A stretch of 32,000 nt of DNA from Trichodesmium erythraeum IMS101 (GCF_000014265.1 NC_008312.1:510001-542000); one strand, 5' to 3'. Shown: positions 1 through 10,059, counted from the stretch's first letter. Translations and numbers: made by a program. The notes: a model not told the origin generated them from the letters alone.

Positions 1-1
1 C

Positions 2-514
2 ATAGAAGACGGTAGAGCTTGTGTTATTGTAGTGAATAAATGGGATGCCATAGAAAAAGATAATTATACTATTTATACTTATGAACAGGAAGTAAGGTCG
101 CGACTATATTTTGTGGAATGGGCAGAGATGATTTTTGTTAGTGCACTAACTGGAAAACGAGTGGAGAAAATTATAAATTTGATAGATAATGCAGCCAATG
201 AATATCAGCGTCGAGTGACAACTTCTGTAATCAATGAGGTATTAGAAGAAGCAATTAGTTGGAATTCTCCCCCCACTAATCGTCAAGGTCGTCAAGGTAA
301 AATTTATTATGGAACTCAAGTAACAAGTAAACCACCAACAATTGCATTATTTGTCAACGATCCTAAACGTTTTCCTGAAAATTATCGGCGTTATATTCAA
401 AGTCAATTTCGTCAACATTTAGGATTTACAGGTACACCAATAAGATTACTTTGGCGTGGTAAAAAAGCTAGAGAAGTAGAACAAAATACTGTTAATAGAG
501 CAACTCGTGTCTAA
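2..514 (+). CDS. der: GTPase Der (EngA), C-terminal part; the 5' end lies upstream of the window
   Basis: The frame is open from base 2 ([16 protein letters not shown] precedes the listed Met). It has the NKWD G4-type motif of the second GTPase domain, then the KH-like C-terminal domain signature ([48 protein letters not shown]). Confidence 0.85.
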   Translation: MEDGRACVIVVNKWDAIEKDNYTIYTYEQEVRSRLYFVEWAEMIFVSALTGKRVEKIINLIDNAANEYQRRVTTSVINEVLEEAISWNSPPTNRQGRQGKIYYGTQVTSKPPTIALFVNDPKRFPENYRRYIQSQFRQHLGFTGTPIRLLWRGKKAREVEQNTVNRATRV

Positions 515-840
515 TATGTTATCTGCAAATTAAATATATTGATAGCACTACAGGCAACTCAAAAATCAAATCCCCCTTACTCCCTAAAGGTTATTCATGA
601 TTACGAACTCCTAAAAGCATTTTCATTCTAGAGAGATAGAAGCTGGGAGCAAGGGAAGCACCAAATCACTAAATGATAGAATTTGAGTATTGATAAATGT
701 CCGCGCTCTAGCATACATAGTGCTATATTTTATAGATATCTTATTCAGCGATCGCCCATAGATAGATAAAAAAAATATAGAGAAAACCCCCGAACTTATC
801 TCAATTGAAATAAAATAAATATTTATTTTCAATTAATTCT

Positions 841-2151
841 ATGAGTAAAACAAAATGGTCTGATTTATACAAATTAGAAGACTGGTGGGCAGTCTGGATC
901 GGTTTGTTACTGTTAGCAAGTGTATTTAGTGGATGGGTAACACTTGTACCCAAAATTCCTAAATGGAAAGGAATAGATATTCTGGCTGCACTCCCGATAG
1001 ATTTAATTCCTAGCTTAGTATTATTAGCGATCGCTCTGTGCGCTGTATTTACATTTGGCAACATTTTGATGCAGGGGCGTAGGGCAAATGCTATGATACC
1101 AGGATTTTTGGCCATCTTTATCTTAGCTACTCTCGCTTATGTATTGGGAAATTCTCAAGCTGCAAAAGCAATAAATCTCGGTTATGCCTTCTGGGCACTA
1201 CTAATAGGATTATTAATTAGTAATACAGTAGGTACGCCAGAATGGTTGAAACCTGCCGTGCGCACCGAATACTATATTAAAACTGGGTTAGTCATTTTGG
1301 GAGCAGAAATTCTGTTTAGTCGCATTGTCGAATTCGGACCCTATGGTTTAGCGATAGCCTGGGGAGTCACGCCAATAGTAGTGATATTCATGTATTTATT
1401 TGGCACTCGCATCCTGAAAATGCAGCAAAAAACATTAGTAATGATAGTAGCAACTTCAACCTCTGTCTGTGGAGTCTCGGCAGCTATTGCAGCTGCAGCA
1501 GCTTGTCGCGCAAAAAAGGATGAGTTAACTTTGGCCGTCGGAATGACTCTGATATTTACAGTCATAATGATGGTTTTCATGCCCTTGTTTGTCAAAGCTG
1601 TCAACATGAATGAATTAGTGGGAGGAGCCTGGTTAGGTGGCACCATTGATGCTACTGGCGCTGTTGTTGCAGCAGGCGAAGCATTGGGGGATGTGGCCGG
1701 AAAAGCGGCAGCTTTAGTAAAAATGATTCAAAATATGTTGATCGGAGCGATCGCTTTTGCCATAGCAATTTTTTGGGTTACATCTGTGGAAAAGCAACCA
1801 GGATCTTCTACTCCTACTTTAAATGAATTATGGGTGCGTTTTCCTAAGTTTGTTTTAGGTTTTATTGTAGCATCTTTATTAGTTTCTTTTGTATTTTTAC
1901 CCGTTATAGGTTTGAATAATGTTCAAGCTTTATTGAAGCAGACTAAAAATTATCGTGGTTGGCTATTTTGTATGGCGTTTATCTCAATTGGGTTAGAGTC
2001 TAATTTTCAAATTTTAGCCCAACAAATGCGAGGCGGTAAACCGATGATTTTGTATATTGTAGGGCAAAGTTTTAATATATTGCTAACTTTGGCTGTGGTG
2101 TGGTTAATGTTAAGTGGAAACTTCTTTCCAGTTCCAGAATTAGGAGGGTAG
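841..2151 (+). CDS. YeiH/UPF0324-family integral membrane protein (putative sulfate exporter family transporter)
   Basis: 436-aa polytopic membrane protein. Segments YYIKTGLVILGAEILFSRI, ATSTSVCGVSAAIAAAAA and GGTIDATGAVVAAGEAL line up with the conserved YeiH motifs (LRLGIILYGFRL, GAGSSICGAAAV, GSTVHEVAQVVAAG) as I remember them. Confidence 0.7.
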   Translation: MSKTKWSDLYKLEDWWAVWIGLLLLASVFSGWVTLVPKIPKWKGIDILAALPIDLIPSLVLLAIALCAVFTFGNILMQGRRANAMIPGFLAIFILATLAYVLGNSQAAKAINLGYAFWALLIGLLISNTVGTPEWLKPAVRTEYYIKTGLVILGAEILFSRIVEFGPYGLAIAWGVTPIVVIFMYLFGTRILKMQQKTLVMIVATSTSVCGVSAAIAAAAACRAKKDELTLAVGMTLIFTVIMMVFMPLFVKAVNMNELVGGAWLGGTIDATGAVVAAGEALGDVAGKAAALVKMIQNMLIGAIAFAIAIFWVTSVEKQPGSSTPTLNELWVRFPKFVLGFIVASLLVSFVFLPVIGLNNVQALLKQTKNYRGWLFCMAFISIGLESNFQILAQQMRGGKPMILYIVGQSFNILLTLAVVWLMLSGNFFPVPELGG

Positions 2152-2402
2152 ATAGTCCTACTCCCGTAATCGTTTTTGAATAAAACAGGGAGTAGAGTAA
2201 TGGGATGATGGGGAATATTTTTCGCGGTTTGGGATCCTGTATATTGAGTTTTTCCCTAAAACGATCATGAAAAAATTGTCACGTCCCATGTCCTTCACCA
2301 TTACTATGCACCAATACCTACAAAAAATGTACAACTGGTCAACTTTTGTCCAATTATTTTATTTCAGTAGTTAGCGCTTATTCTCTTCAAACAAAATTCT
2401 GG

Positions 2403-2654
2403 AGATTTGGTGAGTGTAACCTCACTCATCAAACCCCCAATATTTAAAACAATATTTCAAAGACAAATTAACACTCTAGTCTTTCGTGAGATAGTAAATA
2501 TTAATTAATTAGGGCTGGCTAAATAAATAGATTTGGTGAGTGTAACCTCACTCATCAAACCCCCAATATTTAAAACAATATTTCAAAGACAAATTAACAC
2601 TCTAGTCTTTCGTGAGATAGTAAATATTAATTAATTAGGGCTGGCTAAATAAAT
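2403..2654. repeat. Perfect tandem duplication, 2 x 126 bp
   Basis: 2403-2528 and 2529-2654 are identical base for base on direct comparison, and identity runs on to 2657. Each unit carries a small hairpin (tgagtg-taacct-cactca). Confidence 0.95.
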
Positions 2655-3119
2655 AGAGTGGTTAGGAATTGAGCCAAAAAAATGGCTAAAATCAAAAACA
2701 AGTCTAGTTTTAAGCATGATGCTTGAAAATGAAAATTATGAAAATTTTATTATAGTAAGCTTTTGAGCATTTGAAATTTTCCCACACCAAACAACTCTAA
2801 TACATAATCCTGATAATCCATCAGTTTAAGTGATGGCTTACCTTGAGAAAAGTGCCAAAACAAAAATTTATCAAATTAATATTCATGCTAGTTATAATTT
2901 TCCCTGACCTGAGGCCGAAAAAGAAAAATTAACATATTGCAAATAAGCTTTCGTCTATCTATATTTTATATTCCTCTTTGCCTGTTAACTCTAACTCATT
3001 ACTTTTGACAAGAATTGAATATATCATTTAAATACTGAAAAGCTTATTGCTTATTGTCCTTAAACTTATTTAAGGCCCTCACTCTTCAACTTTTTTAGCC
3101 AAGCCTAATTGAGCATTAT

Positions 3120-3839
3120 TTATTCAGCAGCAGTAGCCAATTCTGTACTGCCAGCCGTGCGCTTTCTTGTTAAAGTATTAAATAATAAGGTACCAATAGC
3201 CTTAATTAAATTACCCTCTAATTCATTGAACATTTTCATATTCATACCAAAAGCAGCATTTGCTTCATCTACTATTCTACTTGCTGTTGCCTGATCGATA
3301 GGTAAATCATTCATGGCCTGACGATAGTTATTCTTAAATGCCTTCTCATCCAGAATATCTGGGAATTCATAGAAAGCAGTACCTTCTCCATCAGTTAAAT
3401 TCATGCCTCTCTGAGCAATTTTCTTAAGAATTTGACCACCAGACAAATCTCCCAAGTAACGAGTATAGGAGTGAGCTACTAATAATTCTGGTTGTTTTTC
3501 TGATATGTCTCTAATTCTCTGTACATAAGCTTTACCTGCAGGGGAGGGAGCCACTTGCTCCCGCCAACCATTACCATAATAGAACTTTAAGTCTTGCTCT
3601 AAACTTTGCTTACGGTTTAGTTCTGGAAAGTTAATTTTGGAAATGACTGGATGTTCTCGGTGACGTTGAATTTCTTCTTCCATTGCGGAATAAACGAAGT
3701 AAAAATTCTTAACTAAATTTCGGTAGGAAGTCTTTTCTACAACTCCTTTTAAAAAACACTTGACAAAACTTACATTTTCTGCGTTTGTATGAGCTTTTTT
3801 AGTTCCTTCACGCAATTGAGTTGCCAGGTTTAAATTCAT
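3120..3839 (-). CDS. ho1: Heme oxygenase 1 (biliverdin-producing; phycobilin biosynthesis)
   Basis: MNLNLATQLREGTKKAHTNAENVSFVKCFLKGVVEKTSYRNLVKNFYFVYSAMEEE is the canonical cyanobacterial HO1 N-terminus with the proximal His. I chose the ATG at 3839 (239 aa, the typical length) over the TTG at 3863 in the ORF track. Confidence 0.9.
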   Translation of the reverse strand: MNLNLATQLREGTKKAHTNAENVSFVKCFLKGVVEKTSYRNLVKNFYFVYSAMEEEIQRHREHPVISKINFPELNRKQSLEQDLKFYYGNGWREQVAPSPAGKAYVQRIRDISEKQPELLVAHSYTRYLGDLSGGQILKKIAQRGMNLTDGEGTAFYEFPDILDEKAFKNNYRQAMNDLPIDQATASRIVDEANAAFGMNMKMFNELEGNLIKAIGTLLFNTLTRKRTAGSTELATAAE

Positions 3840-5296
3840 GCTAAATATCCTTACTGATACCAAACTATATAATTGGCCGTATAAATTCCTACAGAAACTG
3901 AGAAATTAATTGCCTATTTGAATACCTTAAAATGAATGGATGAAAATTTACGTTAAGAATAATTAAGTAAAAAGTAATTATTAACTATAGCTATATCCTT
4001 AAAAGCTATCAGCTATATGCTCAAGTCATAAATATTAGTTGTAAAGAATTTCAACTTTTAAAATGTCCTAGCACTTTTTTATAAAACTACAAACTTTTCA
4101 CTATTATATACCTGTTTCATAAACTTAAAACTTCACTTGTAAAAGTAATCTACCAAACTTGAAAGCCAAAATATCAAGTTATATGTAGTCTGACTGTAGG
4201 TAATTAGTATTACAAACTTAGACAAAACTTAATTTTTTTTTATTTTTCATTTCAAATAATTAGCTATTTTAATCACTATTGACTAGGTATAGTACTAGCT
4301 ATATTTTATAGCTTATTTAAATCCTGATAACTAATTATCAGTAAGTTGGGCTAACAATTTACCCTATGTAACAAAATTTCAAGAACCCCTCAACTTAACT
4401 ATTTGGAAGAGCTTGGAGTTAGTATATAAATCTATAAGCTAGTTGATGCTTATCTATTGATTATGTCTATTAGTAGAAATTATTTAACATCCTCCCCTTT
4501 TGTTAGATGGGGAGTTCTTGCGAGCCATAGCTCTGATGCAGGTTAATATTTGACAAGCTGGTGAATTTATTATCGCCAGCGCGAAACTTAACGGTAGCCA
4601 AAACCTGTGCTTGGTGCGTCCTTTTTTTTCTGAAACTTCCCGACCGCGACTAATTAATATAATAATAACATATATATTAGATTCAAAAAAAGAATCAAAA
4701 AGTCGTCCGATGGGCGTGTCCTGCTTTAAACCAAATTTTTTGGTAAAACTTGGAGAAATATCTACCCTAATACCAATTTATCAAAAACTTTTCTAGCTGT
4801 ATCAACAGCCGGGAACCTAACCCTAACCCCAACCATAAAAGGTTAAGGAGTTTCCATACAACGTTTATACAGTAGGGACATTGCAGACAATGTCTGTAGA
4901 ACATTGATAAAATTAACACCACTCTAGAGGGTTGAGCGTGCAAGAAGGAAAAAGAATGGCTATGTTAATTACTTAATAACTGAAGTGCTACCTAAATAAT
5001 TCATTAGAGTTGTTGGGAATTGGTATAAGATTAAAATGCTTAGAAATGAGAATTTATTGCAGAAAAGTTTTTTGCAGAAAAACCTTTTACTGCAATACTC
5101 CTAACCAATATTGTGAATCATATTTTATCCTTATTGCGTGCTTGACTTACGAACCCATAGAGACAGCATTTGTGTTTCATCTGTGTAAGCCTTGCAGTCC
5201 GTGGCTGATAGCTTAACTATTCTAACATACATAAGTCCTGATGCTGATAATTGAAAGCTTTTCAAAATCAAACTCATAAATTTATCTGACATAATT

Positions 5297-6334
5297 ATGG
5301 AATTACGTGGTATTTGGCTGACAAATGTTGATAGCAAAATTCTCCATTCTAGAGACAAAATTGCTGAAGCAATGAATTTTCTTGTTGACACAGGATTTAA
5401 TGTTATATTTCCTGTTGTCTGGAATAAAGCATTTACTCTCTATCCTAGTCAACTGATGGAAACAACTTTCGGACAAGAAATAGACCCCTTATACAAAGGT
5501 CGCGACCCTCTCGCAGAAGTCATCATAGAAGCACAACGAGTGGGTCTCAAGGTTATTCCCTGGTTTGAATATGGGTTTGTTAGTTCTTATAAACAAAATG
5601 GAGGGTTGATCCTGAGCAAAAAACCGGAATGGATAGCTCGTGAGCGTAAAGGTAATTTACTAGTGAAAAATGGTTTTGAGTGGATGAATGCTTTAGATGA
5701 AGAGGTGCAAAATTTTTTGATTGATTTGGTTTTGGAAGTTGTGAGAAATTATGATATTGATGGTATTCAGGGAGATGATAGAATGCCGGCCTTTCCTTCT
5801 GAGGGCGGTTATGATGCAAAAACAGTAGGGCGTTATCGCCAACAATTTTCTTGTCATCCACCCCAAAATAATAAAGATCATAAGTGGTTACAATGGCGGG
5901 CGAATATTCTGACAGATTTTTTAGCTCGTTTATACGGAAAAGTGAAAGCAGTTAAACCTAATATTTTGGTCTCAATGGCACCCAGTTTTTATAAGTGGGG
6001 TTTCAATGAATATCTACAAGACTATCCCACTTGGATAAATAGGGAAGTTGTTGATATTGTTCATCCTCAACTTTATCGTCGTGACTTTTCTAGTTATAAG
6101 TCTCTTGTAGAACAGTTGGTAAAACAGCAATTTATTGCTACTCATTTAAATAAGATATTTCCGGGAATTTTAATTAAAATTGGTTCTTATCGTATTAGTA
6201 TGGATTATTTGTTAGAAGCGATCGCTTATAACCGTTCTGTAGGTATTAATGGAGAAGTGTTATTTTTCTATGAAGGTCTGCGAGAAAATAATGATGTTTT
6301 GGCTAAAGCATTGAGAAAATATGTTTACAATTAA
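5297..6334 (+). CDS. Glycoside hydrolase-like family 10 (GHL10/DUF187, YngK-like) protein
   Basis: The N-terminus LRGIWLTNVDSKIL...GFNVIFPVVWNKAFTLYPS and the later WFEYGF and IDGIQGDDRMP segments match the GHL10 TIM-barrel family as annotated in cyanobacteria. Confidence 0.65.
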   Translation: MELRGIWLTNVDSKILHSRDKIAEAMNFLVDTGFNVIFPVVWNKAFTLYPSQLMETTFGQEIDPLYKGRDPLAEVIIEAQRVGLKVIPWFEYGFVSSYKQNGGLILSKKPEWIARERKGNLLVKNGFEWMNALDEEVQNFLIDLVLEVVRNYDIDGIQGDDRMPAFPSEGGYDAKTVGRYRQQFSCHPPQNNKDHKWLQWRANILTDFLARLYGKVKAVKPNILVSMAPSFYKWGFNEYLQDYPTWINREVVDIVHPQLYRRDFSSYKSLVEQLVKQQFIATHLNKIFPGILIKIGSYRISMDYLLEAIAYNRSVGINGEVLFFYEGLRENNDVLAKALRKYVYN

Positions 6335-6344
6335 AGTAACCATT

Positions 6345-6372
6345 CAGCGGTCAGCTATTAGCTACCAGCTAC
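6345..6372. repeat. STRR-like heptamer tandem array (CAGCTAY)x4
   Basis: cagcggt cagctat tagctac cagctac, read directly, in the spacer between convergent genes. Confidence 0.7.
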
Positions 6373-6385
6373 AAGTTATTAACTT

Positions 6386-6422
6386 ATTAGAGTTATTGGG
6401 CTTATTTCCAAACAACTCTAAT
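6386..6422. terminator. Hairpin between convergent genes (possible bidirectional terminator)
   Basis: attagagtt (6386-6394) pairs perfectly with aactctaat (6414-6422), plus an inner 4-bp ttgg/ccaa pairing. There is no flanking U-run, so terminator function is uncertain. Confidence 0.3.
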
Positions 6423-6433
6423 GACCATCCAAT

Positions 6434-7675
6434 TTATTTGCTATCCATTGCCATCATGCGATCATAAACATGACGAGACAATTTAGGAAATATTTCTTCA
6501 TCATTAGAATAAGCAGCATCTTCTGCAAAAATTGCTAAAATATAAATAGCTTGATTATCTAAAGTTCTGACAAAGGCGACATCCATACGATCTTTAGAAG
6601 TCAAACCAACTTTAGAACCGAAATAAATATTAGCAGGCAGAGACTCTCCCAGAAAACCTTTGACTCCATTGTAGGGATCATTCTGCCATACTTGGGGTCT
6701 TAAATCTCTCGTTAATAAATAAGCCATTCTCGTACTATACTTTCGTGAAACTGCCTGCCTAGTGTATATTTCATATATTAATCTGGTAGCCTGGTCAGTT
6801 GAAATCAAATTTCGGAGAAACTTACCATCTTGCTTTCGTAGTTGGCGATCGCGACCTACTGGACCTGTTTGACTAGGAGAATATCTTGGATAGTTTTTTG
6901 TACTAACTATTAAATCTTGGTAACCAGCTTTTTGAAAAAATTCATTGACTGATTTTCTTTTTTCTAACCAAGTATTTAACTTTTTGCCTTCCAATTTAAC
7001 CCCTGATTTTGTATCAGTAATTGCATCTAAAATTCTACTAGCAGAATCATTATGAGATTTCTGCATCATTAATCTTAAATCTTCATAAAACTTCGGTTCA
7101 TTATCAATTAAACTTTGTTCAACTGCTCCATAAAATGCAGCCATCCAAAATAATTTGGCTACACTAGCAGGGTATCTTAAAACTTGATTTTTATATCCAG
7201 CATATGTGTGAAGATCTGGGTTACTAACATCAATTAAACTAATAGATAGAGGCGCTGTAGGCAGCCCTTTTTCTTTAGCAATACTGAGTAATTCATCAAC
7301 TATTTCTTGTAACTGCGGGCTATTACGTTTGTATGTTTGTCTACGAACATTATAGGCAAATCCTAAATCTTTTGGAGTTTCTTCAGGAACTGGGGGTACA
7401 TAGGGTGGTATTAGGGTAGGTGATACAGAAGATGCAGGAGTAGGTAAAGGTTTCTCTGAAGCTGGCCGACCTCTAAAAGGTAAGGTAATAATCCAGCTCA
7501 CTGTCATTAATAAAGCAACTAAAATAAATATATTTTTATATTTTAACTGTAATAATATTAACTGTATATTTTTGGTTTTAACTCGCCGACGAACTTTAAC
7601 TGGCCGTTTTTTTACTGGACGATATCGTGGACGAACTCGACGAAATGTTTGGGATACTACCTTTTCTGCGTGCAT
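6434..7675 (-). CDS. Membrane-anchored serine hydrolase, class A beta-lactamase/PBP-like
   Basis: Basic N-terminus, one TM helix (IFILVALLMTVSWIITL) and a Pro-rich linker. The catalytic domain carries an S-x-x-K motif (PASVAKLFWMAAFY). Confidence 0.65.
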   Translation of the reverse strand: MHAEKVVSQTFRRVRPRYRPVKKRPVKVRRRVKTKNIQLILLQLKYKNIFILVALLMTVSWIITLPFRGRPASEKPLPTPASSVSPTLIPPYVPPVPEETPKDLGFAYNVRRQTYKRNSPQLQEIVDELLSIAKEKGLPTAPLSISLIDVSNPDLHTYAGYKNQVLRYPASVAKLFWMAAFYGAVEQSLIDNEPKFYEDLRLMMQKSHNDSASRILDAITDTKSGVKLEGKKLNTWLEKRKSVNEFFQKAGYQDLIVSTKNYPRYSPSQTGPVGRDRQLRKQDGKFLRNLISTDQATRLIYEIYTRQAVSRKYSTRMAYLLTRDLRPQVWQNDPYNGVKGFLGESLPANIYFGSKVGLTSKDRMDVAFVRTLDNQAIYILAIFAEDAAYSNDEEIFPKLSRHVYDRMMAMDSK

Positions 7676-7834
7676 TTGAATAGGATATGAAAAATATAAG
7701 TATTGATAATTTTATTGCTTTTGAAGACTATAATATCTAAAAGTATTGGTTAAAAAGATATTATCTTAACCATTGATAAAGCTCAATATCATACAAGTTC
7801 TGAATTAAAGATTTCTTTGGCCTAGCACTTGGGA

Positions 7835-7947
7835 GTATTTTCCAGTCTACTCACTTTTATTTAAAACTGGCAGAGCGTTTATGGCCTCTAATTAATGAAC
7901 CTATAGCAAATCATTCATTAGATTTGTTGCTTCATAAGTTAAAGTAA
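7835..7947 (+). pseudogene. C-terminal fragment of an IS630-like DDE transposase
   Basis: 7855-7947 reads FYLKLAERLWPLINEPIANHSLDLLLHKLK*. This resembles the (SPEL)QPAERLWPL.NE.IAN tail of cyanobacterial IS630-family transposases. The upstream sequence needs a frameshift (PVYS...) and no intact body is present. Confidence 0.4.
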
Positions 7948-7983
7948 TAGTTGTTATATATATTTAAAAGATCAAATAAGAAA

Positions 7984-8890
7984 ATGCTGGACATCAATTG
8001 AGTGTTCAAAGAAGATAGACTGTTAAAGGCATTAACGGGACTAAACCGTAGGGCATTTGATGAATTGTTGGAAGCTTTTTCTGTCCAGCTTGACTTGGAA
8101 GCGATCGCCACTACCCAAAAGCCTAGACTTTGAGACAAAGGAGAAAGTTATTTGCCAAACTGCGAGAAGCCAAAGAGCTGCTATTTTTTATTTTGCTCTA
8201 TTTTTAATGCTATTCTACCTTTGATTTGCTGGAGGTATTATTTGACTTGCATCCCAGTCGAGCACACCCTTGGATGTTAATACTACAAATAATACTGGAG
8301 AAGTCCTTAGGTCAAAAAAAGGCCCAAATAGAACTTAAATGGGAAAGCGTTGGAGAATTTATGAGGAAATTTCCTTCAGCCTTAGAAGTAATAATTGATG
8401 GTATAGAACGTCTAATTCAACACCCAAAATAGCAACAGAAGCAGAAAAATAATTACTCAGGTAAAAAAAAGCCTCATACTTGTAAACACTTAATTATGAC
8501 AAATAAGAACAAGAGAGTTTTAGTGCCTTCAAAATGACGAGAGGGTAAGGTACATGATCAACAGCAACTAGATTAAGAAAAACTTGTAGACTTTGTGATA
8601 TATAAAGTGAAAATTCATCTGGAATCAGGTCTTTAGGGATTACAAAAAGAATTTGTTAACATCAAAATACCCACAAAAAGCCAAGAAAGAAAGAAAGAAA
8701 GAATTAACAAATAAACAGAAATAATCAAACAGAAAAAAAGTAGCGTTCTCCTTGCTGTATGAACACAAAATATCAGGAGTAAAAAGAGACAATGCAACAA
8801 TAGGAATAATTAGAAATAAGCTAAAAGGTTTAAATGATTGCCTGATTTTAACTGCTGTATAACTATAGAATTTATATTTAATGGCAGCAT
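7984..8890 (+). pseudogene. Degraded IS5-type (DDE_Tnp_1/4-like) transposase gene with several stops and frameshifts
   Basis: Family-typical blocks are spread over three frames and interrupted by stops: EDRLLKALTGLNRRAFDELLEAF; REAKELLFFILLYF*; FDLHPSRAHPWMLILQIILEKSL; EVIIDGIERLIQHPK*QQKQKNNYSGKKKPHTCKHLIMTNKNKRVLV; LQKEFVNIKIPTK; ISGVKRDNATIGIIRNKLKGLNDCLILTAV*. The YSGKKK.HT.K block is the hallmark I relied on. Confidence 0.7.
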
Positions 8891-10059
8891 AAGTTAATGG
8901 ATGTAGCCGAGGATTTAATAATTTTGTTTTTCCACTTTCCAGTTTCCAGGTTTTATTTAGCGACAAGTCTATTTGCTATTCTTAAGGAGCTAGAAAAAGT
9001 TTTGTTTAAATATTTTCAAGTTCTTTTAAAACAGTAGTTTCTTATCAAGGCTATAACCCAGTATGTATGTTGCTGAAAGTTATAGTTTAATTAGACCGAT
9101 GCTATCTAATTTTAAATGACTCAATATTTAAATTATTAAAATATAAGATATCTTTTGAATGATTCGTCTTCAAATAGATAAATTACTTCCTAGTCTTAAA
9201 AAAGTTTAGCTTTCTTTTTTTATTGATATTTGTGGTCTTTGTAAATATTGACAAATAGTGATTTATCAAACTAATTTATCAAACAAAGACATTATAAATA
9301 CGAGAAAATGGAGATAATCTCTGGCTGTGAGGCGCGGGGAGTTTTTGCCAGTCAAAGCTCAAGGGATGGTTTACTTAAGTCTTGTGCCTAGTGTTTTTGG
9401 TCTTGGATATTACATTTCCTTCCAGGTCTGTTTTTTTTCTTCGGACTGCCCGCATGCCAATAATATATCAATTATTTAACATATGTGTTTAAAAAAAACA
9501 AATAGAAAATAAAAAATTTATGGGTGATGGTTAAGAAGCAATTTTTTTGGTAATTTTGCCAAATACAGATAAAAGTGGAGTTTATACAGTAGCAGCAAAT
9601 ATTCAATCAGTCATTAAAAATTTAGTTATTGTTCTAACAAAAGTTGAAAAACAAATATTTAGCTTCAAGTTAGATAACCTTACTCACAGATATTATTAAT
9701 TGAGTAAACACCTCAAGAATTGAGACTTGTTAAAGCTTTATATTAAGACTAAATTGTCCGAAATTGCCATATACAGTCCCTTAATGATTTTAAAGGAAAG
9801 AAATATTTAGTGTCACCATTCTCAGAAAGCCAAGAATTAAAAATTTAATCTCAAAAGTATTAATAATCAATACTTTGAGTCTTTTTAAATGGACACCTGA
9901 TTTTACAACTCACCGCACTAATTATAATATTATGTTATACCCGTTTAAGTAACTAATAAATTATATCATGTCCGGTAGCATAATTTGTGTATAAAATTAA
10001 GTCATAAGATGAAAAATATATATTCTGGAAATCGTTTGATATTTATCAAAAATACCCAA

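Noticed and set aside
623-1646. Minus-strand ORFs 623-832, 801-1115 and 1341-1646
   Set aside because: The last two overlap the YeiH-family gene in antisense. 623-832 is AT-rich spacer with low-complexity translation and no recognisable motif.
3009-3021. Partial match (aagaattgaat) to the putative omegaRNA guide TAAGAATTGAATTT, about 100 bp beyond the ho1 stop
   Set aside because: It is an 11-nt A/T-rich match with no adjacent plausible TAM or promoter context, which is expected by chance in this composition.
3109-3294. Plus-strand 61-aa ORF, and similar plus-strand ORFs at 12770-13201, 26979-27161 and 30386-30604
   Set aside because: They are antisense shadows of ho1, murQ, cupB and ndhD4 respectively.
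4490-4640. TPP or fluoride riboswitch
   Set aside because: Only partial resemblance. The invariant CUGAGA / ACCUGA core of TPP is absent, and I could not find the pseudoknot pairing required for the fluoride motif. No downstream thiC or crcB-type gene follows. It is kept only as an unclassified structured island in the findings.
8640-8966. 108-aa minus-strand ORF with hydrophobic, low-complexity sequence
   Set aside because: It lies antisense to the recognisable C-terminal blocks of the IS5-type transposase pseudogene (LQKEFVNIKIPTK..., ISGVKRDNATIGIIRNK...). It is an A/T-rich shadow ORF starting at a non-ATG codon.
9985-10059. Upstream alternative starts from the ORF track: amiC TTG 9985, ho1 TTG 3863, murQ TTG 13434, DUF3110 14373, cupB TTG 28110
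   Set aside because: In each case an internal ATG gives the N-terminus and length typical of the family (signal peptide for AmiC; MNLNLATQLREG for HO1; and so on). The extensions add non-conserved residues. These starts remain untested.
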